DNA of 64,000 nucleotides from Ptychomitrium polyphyllum (lineage: Eukaryota): positions 16,740,001 through 16,804,000 of the forward strand of contig OZ316775.1 of assembly GCA_973851085.1 (NCBI GenBank). The letters are read 5' to 3'. Position 1 is the first letter of the stretch; each line of letters begins with the position of its first letter. The translations under genes were made by a program, and so were the position numbers. The notes beneath the pieces were generated by a model that did no database searches, had not been told where the DNA came from, and saw only the letters and a list, made by a program, of their open reading frames with translations. Shown piece after piece: positions 39,500 to 63,568 of this stretch.

Positions 39500-42400
39500 T
39501 GGCACCTTGTCGACTTGTGGCAATCTTCTTTTTGAGATTTTAATTTTACAAATGAAAAGTGGCTCATCTATGTAGTATGTAAAAAGTAAAATAATATCAA
39601 CCTTTTTAATTTTATTGTACTATCCGCACTTTTCACCCATTATCCTTACAAGTGTCATTTTGTTGTAATTGGTGCATTTTTCATACTATTTGAAAAGATG
39701 TACTACAAAGTGTTGAGTGTTACATGTTATAAAAAATCTATGACTTCTTTTGTTAAATTGCACTTTATGTATATTCCTTATATCAAAATGTATAAAATAT
39801 CAAAATAAAATCCATGGTATTGTGAATGTTATAAATGGTGCAATTTTTATTAAATAACTTGCACATTTGTAATTGATATAATTGAATCTTTTTTACCTTT
39901 TAATTATTATTGTATTACAATAATATATATGCTATACATTTTCTATTTTAAAGGAATAACAATTAAAAAGGGCAAATTTATCATTATGGTAATTATAATG
40001 TTTTTATGCCAATCATTTTTACAAAGTTACAACATTCATTTGAATACCTAAATTTGAAATAAACTTGTCAATAGAATCCAAGTTCCAAGTAAAATGATAT
40101 TTTTTTATAAGAAATAGTATATTTTTAAAATTCCAAGTTTATACTCAATAAAATATTCTTGCATTTCCTCATGCTATCATTAAAATTGTTGTTATCTATT
40201 GAGGTTTCAAGGCTAAGTTTTAAATGAACAAAAATTACAAGTACAAATGCAAGTTCAAATATATATATTCATACATATATATTGTCTTATATTGTTTGTT
40301 TTTTGGATAAAGGCTTAAAAACTAAGTTTGATAAAAGAAAAAAAGATTTTTTAAGGTTTTGCTATTGATTATGATGATATTGCAGTGGAAGGTCTTTTTT
40401 TTGTGAATAACTTTTTTTGAATAGTTCACAAAGTTGCACTTATGTTAATTTTGTAAGCTTTTTATAAAATATTTCTCAAATATACCAATGTTGTCATTTA
40501 AATATTAAATATTAAAGATTTTTTTGTAGATACAAGGACTTTGATAAAGCATTTGAACTTTGATAAAGGTATGGCTCTTAAAATTCCATAATTAAGTGTT
40601 AAAACTATCCATTTTTAAATGAAATATATACCTTATAATTGTTCTATAATATTAAATGAATGATAGAAACTTATATATATGTAGGTCATGTAACAATGTA
40701 TTACAATGATTTATTTTGTGAGACTTTATGTGGTTGTGTAGTCATAAAGAAGTGTCTCTTAAATAAGTTTATAGGTCATTTTTAACATTTGTTGCACAAA
40801 TATCCATTTAGTTTAATGAATTGAATTTTTCTTTGACAATATCTTCCATTCATTGCATTATTTATCTTAAATGTTTAATATTTTGATGAAAATTATTGAA
40901 ATGTTAGATGACTTGTACAAAAATAGATGTTTAATTTGGAAGAATTCATCAAATGGATCACATACCAAAAAACACTAAACCATTGTTAAAGCATACCAAG
41001 TAAGGGCCATTTTAGATGATGTAGCATTGCTACCAATGGTATACAAATATTAAATAAATGAGTATAAAAAAAATGTTTACATAGAACAACTATATGATTC
41101 AATAGATGTTTACAACTATACATTCAAGATGAAAATAAGGTGGATTATTCCATGAATTAGTGTATGATTATATTTCAAGGTTTGAAACCAAAACTGTTAC
41201 TTCACAAATTCAACCTTTCTATAAAGGTGTAAATTAATTATCTTATGTTCTTCCATATTGTAATATAGATGGACAATAACATTCAGATTCCAACAACTCT
41301 AATAGTCCAAGTTAACTTTAATCCAATTGTCTTTTGACAAATGATATTTAGTTAATTTATAATCAATCAAATATACATATTACAAAAAAACTAGGATAGT
41401 AAATTGGAATTAATAAATAAAAATATTAATTCCAAGTTCTAATCAAGATGCATTTTGAATATGTTAGGAATCTCTTGAAGTTTTTCAACTTGTAGTTGTT
41501 TTATTACATGTTTGTAAGAATATTTCAACAACTTGTAAATTTTGGAATAATCATAATAGAAACAAGCTCATGAAGCATTGTTCAAACCTTCATTACAACT
41601 ATTGAAGCTTTATTACACCTTTTGTTGGAAAAAATAAGAGAAGCCAAAAATTTGAAGCCTAATATTTGGATATTTTAGGCAAAGAACAAACCATAAGAGA
41701 AGATTGGAGGATGTTAAAATTGTGTTTAATGAAAGAAGGCTTCTCTCATAGATAAGCTCTTAGATTGCCTTAACAAGAGCATTACCAAAACAATTAACAA
41801 GAAAAAAATACTCTTGCAATAGTTATTTTTATACTAACAAATAACTCATTTTTTCATCCATCTACAACTTATTTTTTTTATGAGCAATGGAACAAGGTTT
41901 AAAGCCTTATAGAAGAATTCAACAATTTTAATCAATTTTATTACTAAATTTTTTAAATATAACAAAAGTCTTCTTCTTCTAACAACAAGTTTTTTACTAA
42001 TCTATCAAATAATATTATTGCAATTGTATCACATGTATATGTTTCAAAGTAGGAAATTTGGTTAAGATATACAAATATTTGTTGTTTTGTACAAAGGTTT
42101 TTTAATTTGTGCATTGAGAAATAAACATAAATGTAGATGATTTTGTATTTTGATTGTTGACCTACCTACTTTAATATTAATAATTTCTTTGAAGCATATT
42201 TTTGGATTAGTTTATGTTGATTGAATTGCTAATTATAATATTTTCTTATTGATCTTATCATTATACAATATAATTACTTTTATCCATAAATAAGGATGAA
42301 TCAATATGTACAAAATAGGAAGAAGCAAAAAATAAACAAATACGTATGTAGTAAAACGAAATTAAACCAACAACAGCAAAACCTTCAACTATCCTTAAAA

Positions 42401-44400
42401 TCTAATTAATTAATACTTAAATTTTTGAATACTTACTCAATTATGGAAATAAGAATATCTAATAACTTCAATTATATTTTGAAATCATGTGATTTATCAA
42501 TTTTGTTTTAATTTATTTTATAATAAATTGAACAAAATATCTATACATAAAATATGATTTTTATCAGTATTCATCCAAATAATCTTAAAATAATGTTATT
42601 GATTCAGTTTTTGTAATATACTTTTAATTTTCTTTGCTTATTGTAAATATCTTCGTACGATTACATATTTATTCACCTGGAACACATTGTACTTATCAGC
42701 TTTTTATTTAAGTTTATTGCACAAAATGATATAAAATTGATAAGCCATACTAGCTTACAAAAATAAGTTGATTAATTTATTATGTAGCTTGAAATTCATT
42801 CAAAACGCTGCATACAAAGTTAATGCAAAAATTAATTGATTTTTATAAAAAATTCATGGCTTTTATTCATGTTCTATTTGACATAGCTTATGCAATTACA
42901 AGTATTTGTTTAGTTCAAACAATAATGTTGATGGTTAACTTTATTTGCATCAATTTCTAAGTTGTTATGTATTTTACAAAAGAAAATTTGGTTTACATAA
43001 TATAATTGAAGTTGTTAGATTCAATGTAATTTAAAGGTTTTATACATTTTATAAATAATTTTTACAACAATAAATTTAAAATAAATTGAATTATAAAATA
43101 AGAAGTCAAGCGCTTTAAAGGATTTGTGTTTTGTATTAAATTTATGAAATATTTGAAGCTTATATTTTTTATTGAAATGATTAACATTTTTCATTTAATA
43201 ATAATTGTCAAAATTGTAGAATCTTTGGTTTTAATACAAATCTTTTGCTATAAATAATAGTGAAGCATAACTTAAAAATCATCAATTGGCCTTGCAAAAA
43301 TAATAAAAGGGCTAAAGAAAATGTTTGAAATTTAATTGTAATTCAAAGATTAATTTTAAGTACGACAATGCTTGAAATTATTTACTTAGTAATATGTGAA
43401 TAGAAATAGTGGTTTATAACCTTAAATCACACACTACGTATCATCTAAGCTTGCAAAATTGCAAGAAGTGATGCAATAAGTATCATCGTTATGGCCATTT
43501 GCACAATACAAAATCAAAACATAAATTTACAAAAACAATTACAAACTTATATAAGATGAAAATATTAAAGTAATTTTAAAGTAAAATCTAGCTAATGAAT
43601 ATAATTTTTGTATTTCATTATGCTATAAACCTATTCAATAATTTCATCTTATTGCTAAATATTTTATGTTGTATTTAATTTATTTCAATTATATGGATTG
43701 GTATTTAAATTTAATAATTAATGTTATATAATACAACTTAAAAATGCATTAGAAGTTTTATGCATGCAAATTTTTATATTTATATTCATAAATAAATAAA
43801 TTTGAAAAATATTAGGCTTTTGGTTGTTCTTTTTATATGATATCTATAACCTTATTAGAGATGAGTTTTTTTAAATTCCTTTTAATCATCATCTATAGTA
43901 AATTATTATATCAAATTATATTCATGTACATATGAATAGGCTGACCATTTAATATAAATAATATCATTATAACAAGTATTGCTCTATTGATATATAAATT
44001 TAAGGAACATATATCACATGGATAATTAAGAAACATATTAATATAATTTAATTGATAGATTTGATTTTTGATTTTCATATCTATACTTGATAGCTTGTAA
44101 AGTGTTGAAATTCAAATTTTTTGGTTCAATCTTCCTATTAGTTAAATATACTCATTGTCAATTCAAACCAACAATTAATAAAAATTGGAATTCGAGCCTA
44201 CTTTCTATGTCATTCTTATTTAATGAGGTTGTTGTAAATTCTCAGAGTAAAAATGCAAGTCATTATTTTATTTTTTATTTTTTTCCTTTTGTCTGATTTT
44301 CTTTCAATTTCAAGAAAAATTTGTAGTTTTATAGAGAACCCAAAAACAAGGCTGCTTCTCAGGAAGATACCAAATGACAGAAGAAAAAGAAAAAGAAAAA
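39500..44400. other. ~5-kb extremely AT-rich, CpG-depleted intergenic block, probably decayed transposon(s)
   Basis: No ORF in the track between 39480 and 44087; very few CG dinucleotides; sharp composition change at both ends. Confidence 0.6.
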
Positions 44401-46392
44401 GATAAAGTAGACGGAAACTTGATCCTTGTGTAGAGAAAACAAAAGTTTTCATTCAAATCATGGATGAGCTACTACGCGATGTGCATGCGAAGTACCCCTT
44501 CCTTGGAAAAATTTCCATAATTTTTTTTGGTAAACAGCAACAATGAATTCAGGAGAGAAATCCGCAGAGCCTCTATAACGGCCCAAGACTCAAAATTCTC
44601 CTCTCTGTAAAGGTAGACTAGGCCTGGTGCTCGGTCATGGGTGTGACCAGCGTGACTGACGTGGCAAGAGCCACTTGCTTGGGGAGGTGAATGGGTCCGA
44701 CGCCCTATGACCACTGACGGGATGCCCGCCGATACCTGGATGACTATCATCCACGAGTCTCCCCCTAGAGATGAATTACATCTGTAAGGGGATGAACAAA
44801 GGTTGAGGGCGACAGCGAGAGAGAAGCGAGCGATCTGTGGAAGAATACCATTTGCTGTGCTGATCGACGGATGCTGCTGCTGCTGCTGTTCTTCCTGCGA
44901 CGTGCGCACTGAATTCCACTTACCAAGGCTGAAGCTTTCTGTGCCTGCGGTGGAGCTATTCTAGCGGGCTTTCCCGTGCATTTTGTGGCGCCCGGAACGC
45001 TGGACTGTGGGAGGAGCTTGGCGGAATGAGAGGCGGAGTGGAGTGGGGCGGTGTTGGCGGATTGGGAGGGTTGCGAATCGGAGAGTCTTGTGCGCGTAGT
45101 GGCTATGGACGGGGCGCAGGGCGAATGGTTTGAGAGAGTACCAGAGTTCGTGCAGCTTACTTGAGTGTGGTGGAGTTGGATGGATGCGGTGGTGGTTGTT
45201 CTTGTAGTGTGGTGATCCGGAGATAGGGTTTGGTGGTGATCATGGTGCAGTAGAGCGTATGGTGGGGGAGCGGACGACGAAGACAGCGGTTGTTGGCGTT
45301 GTCGTGGATGGTGGTTTCATGTTTCTGCGCAGACGGAGTCGATCTGACATGCAGTCCCGGCTGCAGCGAGGTACACTTTTAAGGTTTCAGCTCTTCGTAT
45401 GAGCTTTGTGGAAGGTTTTGGGAGAACAGTGGAGGTCACGCGGGGGAGTGAGTTAAGTTTAGGCCTGTGAGGGAAAATGACTTAGTTCAATTGGTGAATA
45501 TAGAAGGTTAAGCGTTCTAGGTTGAATACTACCGGCAGCTGTGAAAGAGGAGCCTTTGGGAATTGATTTTTCCATTATGGGTTGGATTTCTGAGCTGGAA
45601 TAGAAATATGGAGAGGGTATGGAATGGGACACACACAACCTGGTGCAGAAAAGGAGGAAGTTGATGAGACGGGGGAGATGCCGTGGAATTTTTTGTTGTT
45701 TCGTGATTTTTGACACATGAAGCGGTAGGAAAGGGAGTGGGTTTTAGAATGCCTTTGTCTCACTGAGAGTTTCAACTGGCGGCTTGGGACGATAGCATGA
45801 TGCTCTTTATGTGGAGAGATGGTCTAACATGAAAGAGGTTGGGCGGGGGGTGGGTAAGGTGGGGTGGATGTGTTTATGGTGGAGAAAGTTGATGGTTTTT
45901 TTGTAGAGTGAGTGGGAAGTAGTATTTGCTGATTGTGTCGAGGTGGTTTTCTCTGAGATTTATGCTGTTACTTAGGAGGATGTTGCACGTTTGCAGTGTT
46001 GTATTGGCCATTCAGTCTTATTGTGGGTACATTTCTTCCTTCTGAGGAAACTCATGTGGGATTGCAAGGCTACATTGTCCTTCTAGCTGATTGGAGCCGT
46101 AACGTCCGCGGGGGCATAAGAATGTATTGATTGAGACTCGGTTATGAGATACACGATGTCACTAGCTCTTGACTTTTCCTTACAAGAACCAAGACAAACT
46201 GCAAATTAGTTTCTTTGTGACACAGTATTGCAGGTTGAAGAAAGCAGCAATGTTTTCTGATGGGGCATCCTGAGAAAGTCATTTTCACTATTTCGGTTAC
46301 AGATGTGTAGAGTAGGCTGATACATGCCAGATCATAAAAAGATCGTTAGTAATTTCAATGTCGGTTACCTTGTAGGTGGGGGAAGGTACGAA

Positions 46393-56341
<9,949 letters not shown>

Positions 56342-57156
56342 CACCGAATTCTGGAAGTACCACCCTCTTAATAAGCTAGTCTCCACCTCGGATCACTGGA
56401 TGCATATCAAACACCAAAGAGGTGCACCATTTGAATCTGGTGAGTTGAATTTTTATCGGTGATCCGTTTAGAAGACTGGTTATCGAAACAGGGTTTGTAT
56501 TCTATATATTTAGAGAAGTTTGTAAGCAGATTCTTGTCGTAGAGCAGCTTACACTTGCAAAGTTTCTTCATTAGAAGAATGCATTGTAAGGGTGCAGTTG
56601 GAACCCTTCTGGTCTGGGGATGACGAAGCCCTCATTGACTCAAGATGGCAGCAGGAATTTCTTACAGAACTTCGTAGCACCTTGCCAATCGTCAACCTGG
56701 AGATGGAGGACTCCACAATTCATCAGCTCGATTTTGTACAGAAGCAATTCTTGCTGTAAACTCTGATGAAACCATGTACTATCTAATTTGGCGGATGGAG
56801 TAAATGCGAGGGGTTGAATTGATGCTCATCTTGAACCACCCATGAGCAGAGTAAAATAGAGGACTCTGGAGCTGCTGCTGTCATAACAGTGGCAACCAGT
56901 AGGCTGTGAATGTTGATGAATTCAGAAGATTGGTAGCAGAGAAATATCATCTATCACAGTCACTATTTTCCCATTGATTTGTTATTGAATTACACTTGCT
57001 CTTCCGTTCTGCTCGCAACGTTCCTAGTATTTTCTTCAGGATGCAAATGAATGTATACTAAAGAGATATTTGTTTCTCTATCATGTGAGAATTTTGATGC
57101 TTGCCAAATGCTTCGTGCTGTCTAATTTGGTCAAATGCAAACCCGACTCTCAACGC

Positions 57157-59390
57157 TTAATACTCTTCCTCGTCTTCTCCTTCCTCCTCGCCCTCTGCCC
57201 CTTCTTCTCCTTCAGCAGGAGGAGGGTCTGGTTTGGGAGGCAGATCAGTGGCCTCCACGAGCTCGCCTGCAAATTCTTTCTGCACAGGAGGCGGCATGGT
57301 GGGCTTGAACGGCTCGTTCTTCACGCCGTAACCGACGTAGATATTGCTGAAGCTCATGGGTGTGGCGACGCAATAAGCTCCTGGCCATAGATGTGACCGC
57401 AAGCACACGACCTGGTGTTTCAGGTTCTTGATGCTGGAGCTTTTGCATATGGACCATGCCTTGACTGCTGCCCTAGTCCCGCCCTCGTTTCCTTCTCCAC
57501 CCCCGCCCTCTACGGCTGCCACGAGGTCTTTGTCTTCGGCGATGGCCCGCAGGGAGCCGGGTTCTTCCTCTGGCTCCTCGGGCTCTTCTGCCTCCGCCTC
57601 CTCACCTTCTGCTCCCTCTTCATCGGTGGGCTCCTCGGGCTCTTCAGCTTCCTCTTCACCTTCGCCTTCCGGCTCCTCGTACTTGGTGCATCGGCCTTGC
57701 TTCGGAATCATGGCATTCTTGTGCACCCAGCCTTCTAGAGCTGCCAACTCTTCCGCGGGTGGCATTGTGAAATCTTCAGCTGGAGTGACGGTCTGCCCCC
57801 CTCCCTCATCCTCTGAAGCCTGCGCCCTTCAACAAGAAAGGCTAATATAAAATCTATCTTAGTGAAGTCCAATGACTTGCTGTGCGATCAAGTGGCTTTC
57901 GAGATGTGACTCACCGAGTAAAAGCCACCAGGTGCAATTTGCGTTGCATGTGCAATCCTTGCGATTTGTGCTCGTAGGTAATTGACCTCAATTCCTGGAA
58001 AGGGTGGATATCCTGACACTTCTGCCTGCATACACAGAGTTGCTTTAGAAAAATTCTTTTGCTAGAGCTGACAACGAGTGTGAATGTGACGGTTGAGGGT
58101 TTGCATACCTCTGGGTCACCAGTGAGGTATTTTTTCAATTGTCTTGCGGTTTTGATCTGTAATGGCGTCACCGGGGGCATCTTCTTGCACCTGTCCCCTG
58201 GTCTGTGGCAGTACCAGTAGACCATGGCGTTTGTGCCCAGTCCTTCCTCGGGTGGAATGCCGTCCGTAGGACGGCCCCAGTTTTTGTTCTTCTTTGGCTT
58301 CTCCTCCCCTTCTTCTCCTTCTCCCTCTGCGCCTTCCTCGTCATCCTCGCCTTCTTCCTCTTCCTCTTCGTCACCTTCTGCCCCATCCTTCGCAGTGCCC
58401 TCAAACACGTAGTAGTTGCTGCCCATGCCAGTCACCATGCATCGTTTGTGAAGCTTAGAGTGAACGGGAGCTTCTGTTAATGAGGTCAAGAGATGTCAAT
58501 GGCATGGAACTTACTTGGAGATGCCAAAAAACTTTCCGAAGAAGCGGACTGTTTCAACACCAAACTTTGGGTCGTCCCCAAGTTGCTTCAAAGCCAAAAT
58601 TACAAGATACGTATCTAATCGGCCAATTCCGCAGCCGCATGCATCGAAGAAGACGCTGTCCATGAGCATGTTCTGTGCTTCAAACTCATTTGCAGGTGGT
58701 TCTTCCTCTTCCTCAGGAGGAGCCTCCTCTTCCTCCCCTTCTTCGCCCTCTTTCTTCGGTTCTTCCTCTTCAGGTTTAGGTTCTGGCTCTTTCTGACTGT
58801 AGTGAACATGATCATACAACGCAGGTTTCCTTCAGAAAATGCGTAACTTTGTGGGGATAAAACTCATAATTCATACCCTAAATTTGACGGCCAACGAAGG
58901 TTCCGGCTCCATTACCAGAAGAGCGTGAAGAAATTTTTGACAGGTTCGACATCCTCAGGAGCTCTTCCTCCCTTGACCGGTTGTTGATCCCCTTCACGTG
59001 ACACAAATCGTGTTTTCTTCAAAATGAAGCTTGTTTCTAAAATGTCGACTGCGTTCTTTGTCTTTGCTTGCAACACCTGCAACAACCCAGCTCGTCAAAA
59101 TGCCACCATGTTATGAAAAACATTTAATACCTAGAAAACCAACTTCACAGGACCTTTACTGAACAGTGGACATCAATTTCACACTGCAGAAACGGTGTAA
59201 GCATTGAGTTGATCTTTAACCCAGATGCGTAAAAATTCGACCAGAAGAAGAACAAATATAACGTGGCCACTTCGGCGAATGTGCTTACACTGCGGACAAT
59301 CTCAGAGATGTGCGTGAATGCATCGTCCCCTGTGGCAGTGCTCAGGGTTTTTAAGTAAGCCAAGGCGTCCTCCACTGACATCCCCGCCAT
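57157..59390 (-). CDS. RSPH4: Flagellar radial spoke head protein RSP4/6 (RSPH4A/RSPH6A family), multi-exon, Glu-rich
   Basis: [140 protein letters not shown]: the radial spoke head family motif series. Confidence 0.92.
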
Positions 59391-61436
59391 TGTTCCTGCT
59401 TTTCTCGAAACGTCTCAGCTTTGACAGTATGTCCTCATGGGCTCATGTTCACCAGTGGAAGCTATGTAGTTGACCCAAAAAGTTAGTAGCTGCATCAAAA
59501 CTTGGGTGGCAAAATTTCTCACCGTCTACGTCACATTGAACATTTATAACGCTCTTGGATGTCGTCTGTAGCAGCCATGTATTCTGCAACCCAGGAGATT
59601 CATTTTTGTTTCCTGCAAGTTAAACTTCGTTTTGTTATAACCGCTATCCTCCTTCACCTGCCAACTTTCTAACCCTTTTCCACGCATAGAATCTACAGAA
59701 CCGAACGCACGATTCATGGGGTAGCCTCTGCAATATAACTTCCGCAGTATCCATGATGTGGAAGTTGATGGGCACGAAAGGTGTGTACCATACTCTGTGT
59801 GCAGACTAGTGCTGCCATTGCATGAAAATGAAAGCCTCTTAGAACAAAGCATTCTGGTGCAACTTCGGAGTGAAGGGATAGTAGTGCAGAAATCTAGTGA
59901 ATCAGATGACGCTGCATGGCGGTTTATTCTCGTGTCATTCTGTCCTCAATCTGCCCTGCCCTTGTTCTCATGTTCCCCAAATCCCACCCTCGTCCACACC
60001 GACAGTCAGGTATTCCGAACTTGAAGCCTTGCTGTTTCTGTTTCATATTGTGAACGAAGCCTCGTCTGCATTAAGCTGGCTTACTTTGACTCCATCTTCT
60101 CCGTCTCCAGACTACATCTCATGCTATGTTCAACTTGAGCAAACAGGACCCTGCCCCACTTCTATATGAAATGCATCTCCTCGATCTCGCCAACTGCAAG
60201 GCACTGTGTAGCAAAGTTCTGCACTTGCAGAAGATGTGGAGTATTGTTCTAATACTATAGATCACCTCAAGAACGCTCTTTCTTACCACAAGAATAGTTC
60301 CAAGAATAGTTCCATCATTATGGCCAATATGGTAGATGTAAGGTGTGGCTGTAATAGATTTCAAAGTAGGTAGAATAAATTGTGAAAACTATGTAAACAA
60401 CTTATATATATATATATGGTGAAATTAAGTCATCATACATCCAAGGCAAAGAAGTATTGCACCACCTTATTTTATGTTTTACTATAGTATATTAAGTCCA
60501 GTTTGTATATATATATATATGAGATTTAATTTTTAAAATTGTGTTTGTATCTTTCTTTAAATAAACAAAAAGTCATTTATATAATGATTAACAATAATTA
60601 ACAAATAATTTTTATTTAAGGCTTTTATTTGAAAAAACGGAGATACTTGTTAGAATCATATGATGCTTTTATGCTTTAAGGGATGAATCTTATTTGCCAA
60701 AATTTGATCCTAGATTTTTATTTAAAAAAAACTATCATCTTATATACTTTTATATCTAAGTGATATTTGCAATCTATGATGGACCTAACGCTATTTACAA
60801 TTTTATAATAACATAGAAACATCTCGTCCAATTTGAAAGTGAACTATCCTTGCACCCAGTCCTGGCATGAAACACAAAAATGCCATAAATCATCAGTGAA
60901 GTCCTGTAGAACTCAGTGCATCTGGAAGGTGGCGCATAATAGCTTGAGCTGATAATCTGAAATTGAATTGATGACTTTTGTTTTAATTGCAACTTGGTCC
61001 TATCAGTCCTAGTTATTGCTTGAATTGCTCCGTCTTTGACAGTATGTAAAACCCAAGTTCAAGAGCATGCTGCCAATAAATTGTCTCTATAGATGAACTT
61101 CCTACCCCTTTCATATGGACAACTAGAATTGAAAACAACACCCCCTAAACAGTACCCAAAACAAATGTGTAATCTCGTACAAACTATCCTGTACCAAAGA
61201 GGCACCTGAAGTATCTATACAAAACTGGCCGCAGGCAGGAAACCTTGACATTGTCTAGTTCTTAAAGCGCTTCTCCATTCTGGATTCCACTTGCAAAAGT
61301 ATTGGGAGCTGCTCCCACCGAATTCCAGATACTTGCAAAGAGACGAGTTTCAGATACAATCGAATTTCATCGTGCATAGCATATTGAAGTAGAAGAACTC
61401 TGGCTCGCTGATAGATAGCCATGATTCCCCATGCAT

Positions 61437-62660
61437 TTAGGAATCTACGACCATAGGCTCTGCTCCATCAGCACTCTCGCCAGTATGCAAACCTGGAAGA
61501 TCAGGTGCTTCATAATCCAGTGGATTCTTTTGTTCATCATCTAAAGTGGTCTGCAAGTCATCCACCTGCAGCCGCCCAAAACATATACTTCATTAGAAAT
61601 CAACTCCACGTAAATAGAATCACGAACGTTCTCAGAAAGCACCGGTTGCTAGCTTAAAGAGTTTCACTAAGATCCATTTACAACATGGACAAGAGAGATA
61701 ATTCTTATTCCGTTCCAATCCTTAGCTTTAACAAGATATCGAAAACAAAAAACCTTTCAGATCCACTTACAACATGCAAAAGTAGACCAAATTGCTTCTT
61801 GCGAAGCTCAATTGTTCGGGAAGCTGCATAATTCTCTGCTTCCAGTTGGACAAGTTCTTTCTCCAAATCGTTCAGTTGCTTTTGCGTGACTGGTCGTGGT
61901 GACTGCGCAGCTATTAGTTTCCTGATTGCTTCACATTCCTCCTTATGTTGCCTCTCAATTTTCGCTTCTTCAAGTTGTACTTTCAAATCTTCAATATCCC
62001 GCTGTGCCTGCCCCATATAACAACAGGTAGGTCGTAGGTTGAATTAAAAAAGTGGATGGCAATGCCTCATGGATACCAAGGCAAGTGAGAGGAAAAAAAC
62101 CCAAATTAGGGTGTGTTCCATGTGACCCTCAGACCAGACCCGACTTGATGTATATGAATGCATCAAGGTGATTTCGGTTTCTCTTCTTTGCCATCAATTT
62201 TGTCTTTTTGTGCAATGCTGAGTCGCGAGGTCACATGACAACACACAATTACTCATACACAACAGAATCTTCACAAACTGGCAACTAAGAATTGCTCAAG
62301 GAAAAGGGGTACAAAACCCGACCAACCCACCTGAGAAATCTGCTTGTTCAGCTCAACATGCAACTCCTTGAAACTGTCCTGCTCACGGCGGTTTGCATCC
62401 ACCACCGCCTTGGTCTTCAACAACGGCAGCTCGAACGTGGCCAGCTCCTGAAGCAGTGACCGGTACAGCTTCTCGCCCTCGTTGTACTTGCTGTCCTCCT
62501 TCTCAATCTCACCCGCGAGCGCCGTGAACTTCTTGATGAGCTTCTTCAGCGGAGGCTCCCCGCGCGTAGTGGTGGTGCGCGTCAACAAGCGCTGCCGGAT
62601 CACGGCGTCATCCTCCGCCGCACTAATGGCGTAGTGCGCTGCCATGGCTTCTCCCTGCAT
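61437..62660 (-). CDS. THO7: THO complex subunit 7; exons 62660-62331, 62007-61771, 61565-61437
   Basis: [95 protein letters not shown] match plant THOC7. The start codon is somewhat uncertain. Confidence 0.92.
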
Positions 62661-62697
62661 GCCCCGCCCTGGCCTACCCCCTGCAGTGGCCCTCACG

Positions 62698-62791
62698 AAA
62701 CCCTAATCCTCTCGCCATGGAACGCAAAACCCTAAGCTCCACGCGCTTCGCCAAGGCCATGGCCACCGCCACCGCCACCGATTTAGGGTTT
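62698..62791. promoter_or_regulatory. Three telo-box motifs in the THO7 leader/promoter
   Basis: AAACCCTAA at 62698 and 62728; TTAGGGTTT at 62783. Confidence 0.55.
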
Positions 62792-63568
62792 CCCCTCGCT
62801 TTGCACTGCCCCGCATGCCCCGTTCACACTAGCTCCCTCGGTGCTTATTCTTTGGGGGAGAATCAGCGTTCCCGAAGTATACGTATGTTGTCCTGTTTCT
62901 GATCACCAGTTGTTATTGAACTTCCTACATCCCATTTCATGTGTATGTACAAAAGAAACCTTATAGTCCTTGGCCACACTTATCTCTTTGGCTCTTTGGT
63001 TGTCTGTGTATTTACTTTTCTTTTGTCTGCAACCAATTGATGCAGAGATTGACAACAAATTGATATATGGATTGTTTAATAATCTATGTTTACTATGTTC
63101 TTGTACAAAATATGGAAAAAAATCTTATAGCCTTGTGCTCTTTGTTTATATGTTTGTCCACATTTATAATTGATTTTTACTTTTATGTTTTACTTTTTAA
63201 CCTTTTTCTTTTATTGTTGACTATTGACTTTTAACCTTTATTTTTTGTGTTTTATTTAATTTTTACTTTTCAAATTTTTGATGTTTACTGTTCATTATTT
63301 TTTCAATTATTTATATTTATTTATTTCTTTGATTTTCTACTATTTTTATTTATTATTCAATTCTTTTTATTTTTGTTGTTTATTATATATTTTTTACTTT
63401 TTTACTTTTCAAATTGTATGAAATCTAGAATAAATGCCGGCACATCAAAGATGTTATAATAGGCATACTTGTCAATTCTTAGAATTGTCCAAAATGAATC
63501 AAATAAAAGATTTTGATTTGATGACACTAAATTTTGAAAAATGGTTTAAGTTCTACTTTATATATTGG

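Noticed and set aside
41600..41800. Possible Helitron/retroelement coding relic in the AT-rich block
   Set aside because: The frames I translated by hand are stop-ridden and gave no convincing motif; cannot be assigned without a search.
57070..58796. Ser/Phe/Leu-rich + strand ORFs
   Set aside because: Antisense shadows of the Glu-rich RSPH4/6 exons.
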